The notes below the pieces were generated by a model, which was not told the origin of the DNA, did not search any database, and saw nothing but the letters and a program-made list of their open reading frames with translations. DNA of 64,000 nt, taken from assembly GCA_010909165.1 (NCBI GenBank), contig MU008159.1, positions 2,232,001-2,296,000 of the forward strand. The letters run 5' to 3'. The number at the start of each line of letters is the position of its first letter. Position 1 is the stretch's first letter. Origin of the DNA: Anthoceros angustus. Its lineage: Eukaryota; Plantae; Anthocerotophyta. The translations under genes and the position numbers were made by a program. Shown here in pieces: positions 40,212 through 53,030 of this stretch.

Positions 40212-40934
40212 GAGTCTCCCTCATGTAAGAAATGGTTCTTCTGCGAGCAGCTGTATCTCCAAAAGCCGGTCCGAGGACACCTACGTCAGTGGAAAGGTTC
40301 GGCTGAGGTGCTATACAGAGTGATATCGCAGATCTGAAGTGCAGCTCTGAAGTCATCCTGGTGTGGACGATTTTGATGAGGAGGGAGGTATTGGCGTCAA
40401 CTCATCGATAGAGACGTTTTGATTGTCTGTTTCATTCCCCTCAAGTCCTTGGTGGTTGTTCCCAACCAAGGCTCAATGGGGTAAGGTAGGCCCGAAATCT
40501 GGTTAAACCTAAATCGTACTGGAAAATATGCTGGCTGAATGCCACCTAGTGTACACACTAGGTGATGTCAGTTCTGGCATGATGAGCCAACCTAGTCTAC
40601 ATGGTTAGGAGCTTGTGGAAAGATGGTGAACATCTGGTTAATTGCCGTGTAGTCTACAACTCTACCGTGGCATATCAGTTTAAAGGATGACAATTGTCAC
40701 GCGAGGGGATGGCTTCGGCAATCCACGGGCAGCAGCGCTCAAAAGCGTGTGAACTAATGCTGTCATTCCTGGTCACGCCACGCGCTTCACTCGATTGGAG
40801 ACTGCCAAAGTAGACCTTGGTCATAAGAAATGTGCACACACACCGTATATACCATGCTAAAGAAAATAAAGCTGTTACACACACACATACTTATGTACAC
40901 ATTGTGGCAGAACAACCAGTAGTTACCATGAGTT

Positions 40935-41082
40935 TGCTCACGAGACGCGAGTGGCGCACGCACACATCTCCACCTGCTCACGAGACGGGAATGGCGCACA
41001 CATCCTCACCTGCTCACGAGACGCGAGTGGCGCACACGTCTTCGCCTGCTCACGAGACGCGAGTGGCGCACACATCTCCGCT
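40935..41082. repeat. Four tandem ~39-bp repeats (GCTCACGAGACGCGAGTGGCGCACAC...)
   Basis: Directly visible. Confidence 0.9.
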
Positions 41083-41466
41083 TTGCAGTTGCCATCGATA
41101 CCCGATGGCCATTACAGGCTGCGGGTACGCCTATAGAAGGCCACGTCCTCCACAGGATGTCGCACGGTACATCCATCCCTCGTCAACCGTGTCCGACTAG
41201 TCGCGCGGCGTTCCTAACCGCGCAATCCCCGTTCCCTACATGCTCGCCCCGGGAGCGCGGCCCCTGTCCCTGACCCGCCGCTGTCTCCCGTCCTCGCCGT
41301 CGGGGCCAATGCCCCTGCCCCCTGCTTTCTGGACCACTATTCGTAAGGGTAAACCTTGACCAGAAACATTTCTCATCAGCACTTCAAATGCTTTACGTTT
41401 CCGTGCCGCTTAATGAAGACCACGTACCCGGTCCAAACCTCCGTCATCCCTCGCCATACTGGCATT

Positions 41467-44400
41467 TCATTTCTGGTCCTTAAGCTCATGCTGCAACCAA
41501 CGGCGGAGTCAGCATCCGCAATCGTCGCCTCAATCCGCATCACTGCACAAGTGTTCAGCTGGGAGTACCTCTGAAACGAAATGAGCATGGAAGCCATAAG
41601 GAACCCTCCTCGGCAATGGCACGATGGCAACTGGCTGTGGATTCATCGTCTTTGCGTCAATCACCACTATCTCAGATTTCCTGCATCACCATCACTGCAG
41701 TCAGCTCCGAACATAATCGGGGATACACACCAAGTATTGTGAGATTATGCAGAGGATGCTATACATACTCCAGCTTCTCGTCGTATACAAAAGTGATCAG
41801 GTATCCGTCATCTTCTTCCACTGCCTCAGTCTTCGGCACAAAAATAGCCTCTGAGCCGTAGCGCTCGTCCCCATATCGGAAGACCCCTTTGATATTGTTG
41901 CCAACTTCCAGACCCTTGCCCAGTTGAGGCTCAGCAAATAGGTCAACTTTCACAACGGCTATCGCCTTCACATTTTCAAAGGCACTGATATAGGCAAACC
42001 GCTGCTTCCTGTCGCGAATTTCCCAAACCAGAAACTTGGTAGGTATTGAGGCCGTTTGTCATCAAGACAAGAGTCCCAAGAAAGCAATGGACCCGAAAGA
42101 AATCACACAGCGATTCAAGACCTTACCTTCCAACGAAATTCTCATTGATACGGGGAAAGTCCGCCGAAAAGTCTCCTATTCTTCTCTGTGAGGAGCCTCC
42201 ACTCTTCAAATTGAACCGGAACTCATACCTGCACATTGGCCCTACTCTTATCGTCAGGACGCTCTAGAATGTCTGTAGCAGGACAAAGGAAACTGACACA
42301 TGAAGCCAAGTTTTAGAGCAGGGAAGTACAGTTCATTGCCCATGTCCTCCATTGTCTTTCCATCGGGAGCAGAGACGGCATTCATGTTCAATTTTTTCAA
42401 GCGACATGAGTACAGCACAACTTCATCACCTTCTTCCCACGCATTCACTGTCATGGCCACAACAAACTATTGATCATTCCTGCGTGTACCATTGATGGCC
42501 AGAAAGTCTTGTGTATAAGGTTTAGAAAATTTACCATTGTGGAATACGTAAAATGGTGGAAGGTCAAACCACCGAATCTGACTTTCGTTCTTGGCATACC
42601 GTGGCAAGATCCCAAATCTGGACTTCCTAGATGCATCAAACTGCAAAACATGCCCTGTTTCCACCATTGCCTGCAGTAGAAGTGAAACGAAAGAGAAATT
42701 ACTTGGCCTGCCTATCCATTACCACATTGGGAGACATAACACAGGACCAGAAACCAGTAACCTGGTCAGTGAGGCAAAGTACCTTAGGCCGGAAAACCAC
42801 AGGCAAATCCATGAATATGGCAAAGTTTTGGGTTATAGCAAAATCGTGCATCATCACTGGTTCAGGAATAGTTATGGTAACAGGCTCTCCCAGCAAGCCA
42901 TCTTTAGAGATGACATGATAAGTGACAAACGGAGCCTTTTCAAAGCTGTAGCCATACGTGAACAGCTCCCCTGTCCGTCAATCACCAATTCAGTATATCG
43001 TCCACTTCCTGCTGTTTGTGAAATACGGGCTCAAGCAACAACCAAGGGTTCAGCAATCACACCTGTCAGGACATCAAGTTTTGGATGCGCAGTCAAGGGA
43101 TGATTCAGCTTAGATCCATAATCATAAAGTCCCACTGTTTGAAGATCTCCATCTTCGAGCACCCTCAGAGCATCTACAACCCATCTCCAGCATACAATGT
43201 GTAAGCAAGTGGACCATCACATGGCCCTTTTATCTAAGCTGAAAGGGCAATGAAATCTCTCACAGACCTGCAAAATATGAATGAAAACATGTACGTACAG
43301 GGTTTGTCGCCTTCATGTAAAGCAAAAACCTTGCCGCTGTGGAATGTGAGGGCCGTGTTACCTGCAATGCACAAAGGAATAACACTATGTCTATCAATGC
43401 CCGCCCACTCAGTCTGATCTATACAGCAACTTGGACTCTTACCTGTTCCAGTCCCTTTTGAATGGTCGAGAACACCAAACTTCTCACGAAGCGTATTCAA
43501 CAGGACAAAGGCCAGCCCAACTTTTCCCTTGATATCTCCCAACTGTCACAACCGAAGGAGAACAGATGAATTCCTCAACCGCTCACAGACTGTGAAGTAT
43601 AAACACACACAGGCAATGAAATACAGTTATTCACAAACCAACCTTCATGAACTTGGCAGCACCGTAGTACTCTTCTTGTTTGATCCGTGAAGTCCTCACA
43701 TACCTCGAAGCATAAGAAGCTTTTCCATTCTTGATCCGCACAGCATGAATCATTCTGCGCACTAGCCACATGTCATACGTTTTGAAGTTCTGGAGCAAAG
43801 TGGAATAACAAAACTTAACCAAAGCTAAACAAGCTTGTCCACCCTGCTGAATGGGCTGAAAGCGCCTTGCTGCCTCCATACCAATCAGTAACCTAATTCT
43901 TGAATGCAGCTTGGCGAATCATATTGACAATTTTTACATGAAAACGAGATCAGAATCATACCCATCCCCATCGAACCTGCATCAACAGAAAACGCAGCTT
44001 AGTGCTCCGCAATGTCTGTCCCGGTGCACCTCAGAATAAAGGTCACCTGCAGTACCTCCGCCCAAAAACATATCACAGATATGTGTGACGACAAAAACCA
44101 CAAGGAAGAAACACCAGCACATTGTACATGAAGTAGACCGGTAAAACACACCAGTGATAATTGCCGAAAGGTTCAAACTTGGGATTAGGTCCTACTCGTA
44201 AAAATTCTCCGTTCAGGCAGTCCTGCAAAAAACCACGGAACAGCAATTTCAGTCCCATCAGTAGAGCATCGGAAGAAATCTCCTGCATCCCAGGGCCCAC
44301 TTGTCCCGTGGATTGACGAAGTTCTAGCAGAAAGAAACAGGTGTGCATTACCGGCAGAATTCCGATGACTGCGAGATCCGTCTTCAGCGGAAACTCCTCT

Positions 44401-44606
44401 ACTGGTGCATAATTTCCCGACAGGTAGTAATTGGGCTTGACCACATCGGACGCCCACACCAGGGCCTTCTCCAAGACGTCCAAGAGGGGAGCAGCAACGC
44501 GGCCTGTGACAGTTGGCCGAAATTCGTTGTCCTCCTTCTCCCCCTCACGTCTCGGGGCTGCATCAGCCACACCTGCGTTTTTGTGGGAAATAGTGTAATC
44601 CGCCAT
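41467..44606 (-). CDS. CCD1: Carotenoid cleavage dioxygenase 1-like, 14 exons, apparently intact
   Basis: LSGNYAPV; [10 protein letters not shown]; 15-bp FDGDG microexon at 43961-43975; the four Fe-binding His motifs TAHPK, MMHDF, VFHN and RVPYGFH; DFPRIN; SEAIFVP; EDDGY. All introns are GT-AG. Last exon HELKDQK* is inferred. Confidence 0.93.
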
Positions 44607-46660
44607 CTCGAGACTGGCCCAGGTCGGCTGCAGAGAGAAGCCGACGCTGGAGTGCGTCAGGAAGTGCAACCCCCTTAAGCTGGGAGACCCGCTGTGAAGT
44701 GGCCAGTTACGAACCGCACATTGGCGTCCTCGCCTCACCGATACTTGGCCATAATCTCCACGGATTGCTATGCCAACTTATCGATTGGACTCAGCTCACG
44801 CGCGTGGCGTGTCCCGCTCACCTTTTTCCCATCTTGCCATCCCCATAAACAATAAACTAATAATGCCATGGCATGTCTGAGATTTCCGTCCAGGGTGAAT
44901 CGGTGAGAAGTCTAGAATAATCGCTTCCGCTTTTGGTTATTCTAAGTTGCGCTCACTGGGAGTCGACCATGTCTCCGTCTCTTCCAACCTTATCTAGTGC
45001 TGCCATGATCTCACTTTATGTGTTCAAACATTTCCGGAGAGTTCAGGCAAGTGAGCTTGCAAACAAGCTTTTGCCCTGGGGATCCACAGCCATGTTCAAT
45101 TTTTTTGATCTTGACAAGGTAGTGCTAGAGATCGAAAGGCAGAAGAGGAAGCCTGGGGATCATCAGGACCACCATCAGGACCGCGTTTCCCTTTCTTCCA
45201 ACCTTATATAGTGCTGCCATGATCCCTCTCTACGTGTTCAAACATTTCCGGAGAGTTCAAGCAAGTGGGCTTGCAACAAGCTATTGCCCAGGGGATTCAC
45301 AGCTATGCGCACATTTTTTGATCTTGACAAGGTAGTGCTAGAGATCGAAAGGCAGAGGAGGAAGCCTGAGGATCATCAGGACCACCATGATAATGCCTCG
45401 TCACATCTGTTCCAAAGCTCGGATTCCGACGTGGAAGGCGACGATGAAATTGCAAGAGGAGAAGGATATGGAGAAAATGAGGAAGGAGGACCGGTACCTT
45501 GTACAGCTGCAGATCAACAACTGATGCGCATACAACCTCCGGCCCTGTATGTTGGTTGCAATTGCAAGCACACGCTTGCCAAGATGATGATATTGAACAT
45601 CTAAGCCCATGGACATGGCTGACTGACTCAGAGTTTTGTTGTGGGCAGGGTTCCAGAGGCTCAAGAAGACGTAGAGTTGCGACAAGTGATGGCTCAGATG
45701 GTGAATGCCGTCTATGATTTTGAGGCATCCCGACGACTGCAGCAGCTCAAAAACGGCACAAGGAAGAGGCACGAGATGAAAAGGGTGATTCACAACCTCG
45801 CGGACTTTCTGGGATCTGAAACCTGTGATGAAGAGCCGACCATATCCCAGGAGGAGGTGGTGGCAAAGTTGCAGAGAGCCGGGTTCCAGTTGAAAGGATC
45901 TGAGCACTGTCAGCCAGGCCAGGGGCCCTACAAGATATGGTTCCTCGTCTTCGTCAAAGACTCTGCAAAGTGCACATGTCGAAGCGCGCCCGAAGTTGTG
46001 GTTGCTGTTCGCGGGACCATGAAATCCGTGACAGAGCTGCGGTCGGATTTTAAAGTGCTGCGACAGGAGCTACATGACGACGGAAGGTACGAGAACCTGT
46101 TCCAGGCGGTGGAAAACGAAGTGCTCCTGAATGGGCCCGAAAATGTGTGCACCTCTACCTCAACAAAAGTACCGTCTCGCCGCCCCCCTCGTCGCACTAG
46201 GTTCAGTAGAAGAGGTGGTTGAGGTCGCACACCGTCACGCAGTGGCTCAATTTTCCGTATCCTCTTGAACGGGAGGTTATCCAATTGCATCGGCCTGAGT
46301 GAGCAATGCATGCCCACACCCCAATCTTCTAGTTGCTTGCATCTGTGATGGATTTTCTCTGCACCGGGCGCAACCAAGGTGTGCTCAGTGCGTTTGTGAT
46401 CAAACCTCCATGCACTGACCTGCTTTGTCCTGCTTCTGCTAAATTTGGATGCTTTCTTGCATTCTGTATGTTAATTATGCCTCTCCTGTGAATACTAGTG
46501 TGGCCATCTCCACCTTGCAATTGTTGCGAGGTGACGGATACTTTAACTACCATGCGGATTTTTTAAAGGTGATGAATGCATTCTGGTCTCACAAGCTCCC
46601 ATCATTAGCAGCTCCGTCTCTCAAATGGCGACTTTTAGCCATGCCTTCTGCTGTTACAGT
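43570..46660. repeat. Segmental duplication copy A (CCD1 5' part plus lipase)
   Basis: Colinear with 48075-50835, including introns and 3' flank. Confidence 0.9.
45305..46300 (+). pseudogene. Class-3 lipase pseudogene (two internal deletions, no GHSLG)
   Basis: Matches 49043-50496 up to ENVC, jumps to CACCTCTACCTCAACAAAA, then jumps again to ACCGTCTCGCCG. Its first ~210 bp are also duplicated at 44965-45180. Confidence 0.9.
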
Positions 46661-48074
46661 CGCACAGCAAGTTCGTCCTGGGCAAATTTTTTTTTAATGG
46701 AGCAGTCTCGTCCTGCACCAAGAACTCGCTCACTGCACCACTCACTTTAGTCCTCATCAGGAGCTGTGTCAAACTTCCTGATTTCAAGGTCTGTTAGTGG
46801 GGCTTCTTTTTCTTTTTATCAGGGGCACTGCTACGGACGTTTGTAGTGGACATTATTTCATATCTCAACAAGCTGGTTCCCTCCCCCTTTTTAGCTTCTA
46901 AGTGGCCCAGCGGGTCTGAGGCAAAGGTTCCCTGACGGTCATGTGCCAGCCTTCCGAGTTGTCCCTGGCGCAGAAGAACGTTTTCTGATCATTGAAAACA
47001 AAAACAATAGTCTCTAAGTTTCAGATTGATTCCGAAGGGTGGATCCACTGCCACACTGAAGATTTGAAATTGTTGACTATCGTGCAGGCAGGCACAACCG
47101 GGGAAGGTGGATGAAAGATCCCTTGGTGGCGTGGATTAATTGCTTGGCACCAAGTTGAACATGGCACTTCATGCACCTTTCCATCCACAGTGCACCAAAG
47201 ATGGTTCTCCCTCTTTCAGATCGGTATGGAATGTACTCCAATGAGCCAGACACTCACACTTTCACCTGGAGCCGAAGAAAGGAACATTTCAGTGCAGCTT
47301 ACAACAACAGTACATGGTTACCTCTGGAATCCACATTGCTGTAGGATGACAAGAGTGAAGCTAGCTCACCTGCTCCAACCATCTGAACCTAGGATTGACC
47401 AAGGCTCGGAGATGGTCACCGCTAGGCGTACGACACTTGAGCCATCCTCGAGCAGACGAAGTTTGTGAGGATGCCAGTGCTCCCAAAATATTACACCCCC
47501 TGACCTTGTCCTTTTCTTGTTATATGTACGACAATTTAATTACGGACCACATATAAAGCGTGGATGTCACGCAATGAGGGACAACATGTGCGCGAACGTG
47601 GTGTGGAGGGCGTTTACAGACGTAGCCACTAGCTCAAGCTCAGTCGCTCAGGCTCAAATATTAAAAACTAGTACTCCAGCCCAGAGCCGGTGCTCCTCCC
47701 CAGTGTGAACGTGTGACGTGAGCCACTGACCGAATTATAGGAGAACAGGGATAGAGAGAGGAGAGCAAAGGGGATGTATCTGCTCCTGATGGAAAGCACA
47801 CCATCTTTCTCATTTTCGCTCACGATATGCGTTGCAAAGTGGCGTGCAACATCGGGAATCGACAGAACGGCCGGCAAAGCCATGATACATACGTCATATT
47901 ATTCCTCTTTGAATATGAACTTCCTCCCATCGAGATACCTCCCCGCCAACAGTATGGGGTAAGCAGTGCACGCTGTTCCATATAATCAAGGCCACGTGTG
48001 GTTGATTGCTACAATGCTAAGGATTGACTTTGTTCCTAGCATCCAACCCACGCCTGTGATGTCACGCAATGTTA

Positions 48075-48770
48075 GATTTCTCAACCGCTCTCACTCTACG
48101 AAGTACGAACACACAAACAAATGCCCGCGACCAACCTTCATCAACTTGGCAGCACCGTACTACTCTCCTTGTTTGATCCGTGAAGTCCTCACATATGTAC
48201 TTGGAAGCATAAGAGGCTTTTCCACTCTTTATCCGCACTGAATGAATCATTGCACTAGCCACTTATCATACGATTTGAAGTTCTGGAGCCAAGTGGAATG
48301 AAAAAACTTAACGAAAGCTAAGCAAGCTTGTCCACCCTGCTGAGTTTGCTGAAAGCGCCTTGCTGCCTCCATACCAATCAGTAACCTGATTCTTCAATGC
48401 AGCTTGACAATTGTTACATGAAGACGAGATCAGAATCATACCCATCCCCACCGAACCTGCATCAACAGAAAACGCAGCTTAGCGATCCGCAATGCCTGTC
48501 TGGGTGCACCTCACAATAAAGGTCACCTGCAGTACCTCCGCCCACAAACATATCACAGATATGTGTGACGACAGAAACCACAAGCAAGAAGCACCAGCAC
48601 ATTGTAAATGAAGTGGACCGGTAAACCACACCAGAGATAGTTGCCGAAAGGTTCAAACTTGGGATCTCGTCGAAATTCTCCGTTCAGGCAGTCCTGCAAG
48701 AAACCACGCAACAGCAATGTCAGTCCCATCAGTAAAGCATCGGAAGAAATCTCCTGCATCCCAGGGCCCA
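48075..48770 (-). pseudogene. CCD1 pseudogene fragment (exons 2-4 only)
   Basis: [21 protein letters not shown] (deletion in the RVGPNP motif); FDGDG altered to FGGDG; exon 1 and exons 5-14 absent. Confidence 0.9.
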
Positions 48771-49042
48771 ATTCTACCGTCGACAGACTGCTTCAGAAAC
48801 ATTCGATCATGTCAGAGAGTTCCGTCCAGGGGCAAATCGGTGAGAAGTCTACCATAGTTGCTTCCACTTTGGTTATTCTGAGGATTTGTTGACTCAAGTT
48901 GCGGTCACTGGGGGTCGACCGCGTTTCCCTTTCTTCCAACCTTATATAGTGCTGCCTTGATCCCTCTCTATGTGTTCAAACATTTCCGGAGAGTTCAAGC
49001 AAGTGAGCTTGCAACAAGCTCTTGCCCAGGGGATCCACAGCT

Positions 49043-50496
49043 ATGCTCAAATTTTTTGATCTTGACGAGGTAGTGCTAGAGATCGAAAGGCAGAGGAGGA
49101 AGCCTGGGGATCATCAGGACCACCATGATAATGCCTCGTCACATCTGTCCCAAAACTCGGATTCCGACACGGAAGGCGACGATGAATTGGCAAGAGGAGA
49201 AGGATCTGGAGAAAATGAGGAAGGAGGACCGGTACCTTGTACAGCTGCAGATCAACAACTGATGCGCATACAACCTCTGGCCCTGTACGTTGGTTGCAAT
49301 TTCAAGCGCAAGCTTGCCAAGATGATGATATTGAACATCTAAGCCCATGGAATGGCTGACTGACTCAGAGTATTGTTGTGGGCAGGGTTCCAGAGGCTCA
49401 AGAAGTCGTAGAGGTGCGACATTTAATGGCTCAGATGGTGCATGCCGTCTATGATTATGAGGCATACCGACGACTGCAGCAGCGCGAAAACGGCACAAGG
49501 AAGAGGGACAAGTTGGAAAGGGCGATCCACAAGTTCGCGGACTTTCTGGGATCTGAAACCGTTGAAGAAGACCCGACCATATCCCAAGAGGAGGTGGTGG
49601 CAAAGATGCAGAGAGCGGGGTTCCAGTTGAAAACAGCTGAGCACTGTCAGCCAGGCCAGGGGCCCTACAAGATATGGTTCCTCGTCTTCGTCAAAGACTC
49701 TGCAAAGTGCACATGTCGAGGCGCGCCCAAAGTTGTGGTTGCTGTTCGCGGGACCATGAAATCCGTGAAAGACCTGCTGTCGGATTGGAACGTGCTGCGA
49801 CAGAAGCTACATATGGACGAAAGGTACGAGGAGCTGTTGCAGGTGGTGGAAAACGAAGTGCAACAGAATGGGCACGAAAATGTGTGCATCACGGGTCACT
49901 CTCTGGGTGCGGCTTTGGGACTCCTGGTGGGCAAGGCTATGGCGACCAAGCAAACGCCTGTGGACGGCCATTTCTTCAACCCGCCTTTTGCCTCCTTCAC
50001 CTGGTTCGACAGCAACCTGCTGCGGCGGCTGGAAAGGGACTGCAAGCTTCTTCTGCTGGCATCTCATATGGTGATGAACTCTTTTCATGACGACGACAAG
50101 GGCACGAGTCAGTGGTTGCTTGACAGTCACACTAAATTCTGGAGCGTGACGACTTGGACGCCGCACCTCTACCTCAACAAAACCGACCCCATCAGCAGTG
50201 GCTACATCAACTTCTTCCAGGACATCCAGGGCATCAATCCTCACTTCAATTCTGCGTTTCTCAATTGGCAGGCAGAACTGTCTCGGCCGGTGATGCACCT
50301 TACCCTCTCGTCGCTGATGAACACCAAGAAGCTTCCCGACCACCTGCTTCCTTCCGCTATAATCACCGTCTCGCCGCCTCCTCGTCGGAGTAAGTCCAAG
50401 ATAAAGACGTGGGTGAGGTCCCACACAGTCTCGCAGTGGCTCAATTTTCCTTGTCCTCTTGAACGGGCGGTTGTCCAAGTGCGTCGGCCTGATTGA
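49043..50496 (+). CDS. Class-3 lipase (alpha/beta hydrolase, At4g10955-like); exons 49043-49284 and 49386-50496; 450 aa
   Basis: VVAVRGT, nucleophile GHSLG, FNPPF, LYLNKTDPI (Asp), HTVSQW (His). A 101-bp GT-AG intron joins the frames. Confidence 0.88.
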
Positions 50497-50945
50497 GCAA
50501 TGCATGCTCACACCCCAATCTTCTAGTTGCTTGCAGCTGTGATGGATTCTATCTCTGCACCGGAAGCGTTTGTGATTTGACCTGCTTTGTCCTGCTTCTG
50601 CCAGATTTGGATGCTTTCTTGCATTCTATATATTGATTCCTCTCCTGTGGAATAGTAGCCTAGCAGTCTCCACCCTGCAAATCTTTTGCAAATCTTCGGA
50701 GGAGACGGATACTGTGCCTACCATGCTGATTTTTTAAAAGGTGATGAATGCATTCTGCTCTTACAAGCTTCCTTGGTTGGCAACTCCTTTTTCTCTCAAA
50801 TGGCGACTTTTAGCCATGCCTTCTGCTGCTACAGTTGTTGAAGACCCAGCTGACCAGCTTGAACAGTTCACACCACTCACCGAACAGACACGCCCGACCA
50901 TCATCCCTGCTCAACCGTTGCACCTCCTCACTCACCTGCACCTAC

Positions 50946-52230
50946 CACTACAAGGAGGGGCTACCTTTTACAAATGGGTCTAAGTTTAGTTAGAGGAAAC
51001 TACAACACTCTTACTACAGCTCAAAGCCCTGTTGTAAGTTTTTCGAACATTTACAACAAGGGTTCCTAACTAATATGATGTGGCATGGATTTTACAACAG
51101 GGGTTTGTTGACATGGCATGTTGACACGAATTTTACAACGGGGATTTGTTGACATGGCATGTTGACACGAATTTTACAACGGGGTTTGTTGACATGGCAT
51201 GTTGACACAATTTTACAACGGGGTTTGTTGACATGGCTTGCTCGTTGTACATGACGTTGTTAATTGTGCATAAACTCTTTTGATTTAGAAAACTATGGGG
51301 GTTATTTGTTAATAAAACTACATTTTGTTGAATTTATAATGACGTGGCATAAAGGATGTTGTAAACTTACTTGTAAAAGACGTTGTAAACCATGTTTGTT
51401 GTAGATGTGGTTGTAAATTGTGCAAGACTTGATTTTGGAATAATACCATTTATTGGAATATCTATGAATAGATTTATTATTTGCTGATGTGGCAAGTTCG
51501 TTGCAAATGATGTTGTAAATATGTTTCTCTGGATTTATGTTAGTTATGGGATTATCTTTTTTTTTGTATTCTTGACGTGTCACATGCATTGTAGCTATGG
51601 TTGTAAAACGCATGAAAACCATTTTATATAAATATCTATAAAAAATGTATTATTTGCTGACATGGCAAGCTCATTGCAAATATCATTGTAAAATGGTTTC
51701 TCCAATTTATGTTATATTATTGGATTATTCATTTATTGTATATTTTCGACGTGGCACATGCGTCGTAACTATGGTTGTAAAATGCACAAGCCAGCCAATA
51801 TCCATGAATAAATATATTATTTGCTGATGTGGCATGTTGTAAATGTCGGTGTAAAATTTTGGAAGAGACCTTTTCCTTATTTATGTAATTTATGAGGTTA
51901 TATATTAGTAAGATTGCGATGTGGCATGCCTTTTCCTTATTTATGTAATTTATGAGGTTATATATTAGTAAGATTGATGTGGCATGCCTTTTCCTTATTT
52001 ATGTAATTTATGAGGTTATATATTAGTAAGATTGATGTGGCATGCTTGTCAAAATGCCGCTTGTAAATATGTGGAAGAGACCTTTTCCTGATTTATGTCA
52101 TTTATGAGGTTATATATTAGTGAAATTGCTGATGTGGCATGTTCATTGCAAATACATTGTAAAATGTTATACAAATTTATCGATTTATAAATAGTGCCAG
52201 CGCATTGTAAATGTCGGTGTAAGAATTTTC
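50946..52230 (+). mobile_element. CACTA (En/Spm) element left end with subterminal repeats
   Basis: Starts CACTACAAG. Tandem TTTACAACGGGG...GTTGACATGGCATG repeats at 51080-51240 and ~59-bp repeats at 51870-52130. Right end not seen. Confidence 0.75.
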
Positions 52231-53030
52231 CTAGCCAAGCTGTCAAAAACGAGGCGTGCATCTTGGCATACAGGTCCACCAGGGAAGCGCCCACAAGTAC
52301 GTTATCCAAATGTCCTCTTTGCACAAGTGAGTGCGCCACCGCCTTCCAAAGGCACCAATGCTTGCACATGCCTTCAAAAGGCAAGCAAAAGTAACCTCAT
52401 CGCCACAAGCGGCCCTCCTGTTGCATTCGTCCATACAAAAATAGCGCCTCTTGACCAAGCCCTTCTGTCCATACCCAAAGAATCGGCATTCCAAGTCACC
52501 ACATCCTTTGGGCTCAAGCATTGAAAAACTTGATGCGCATCTTCTACTTCGCCACACTTTGCCTACATGTCCACTGTGCAAGTGCCCACAAGTGTGTTAT
52601 CTAGTCCTCTCTCCACAACTGTGAGTGCACGCGCCTTCCGTAAGGCACTTGCGTTTGCACAGCCTTGGAAGGCAAGCAAAAAGGTAACATGGTTGCCCAC
52701 AATCGTGCCCTCCTTCTCCATTTGTCCATACGAACAAGCGCCTCTTGGCCAAGCCCATGATTTGCATACCCAACTATCGGGCCGTCCATGTCACGACATC
52801 CTTTACGCTAACCTATCGAAAACCGTGTTTGCCTCTTCCAGCCACCATTTGCTATGTACATGTCCACGATTGGCAATAAACAAGTTCGGTGGAATGTCAT
52901 CATGCAACATATCATCGCACTTTTACGCTAGATTCGAGTCCACAAAGAAATGCACAAGCTTGAAGGGCTGCTACAAAGATGTGGGCATCCGCCTTCACAC
53001 CACATGCTCACAAGACTTAGCATACATGAG
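52231..53030 (-). pseudogene. PLS-class PPR gene remnant
   Basis: VGASLVDLYAK; DEVTFACLLKACASIGA; IVGYANHGLGQEAL. Many frameshifts. Confidence 0.8.

Noticed and set aside
44073-44738. 221-aa ORF as a separate protein
   Set aside because: It is CCD1 exons 1-2 read through an in-frame intron, plus upstream sequence.
46826-46848. Miniature CACTA element (CACTGCTAC...GTAGTG)
   Set aside because: Too short, no 3-bp TSD, and could be chance.
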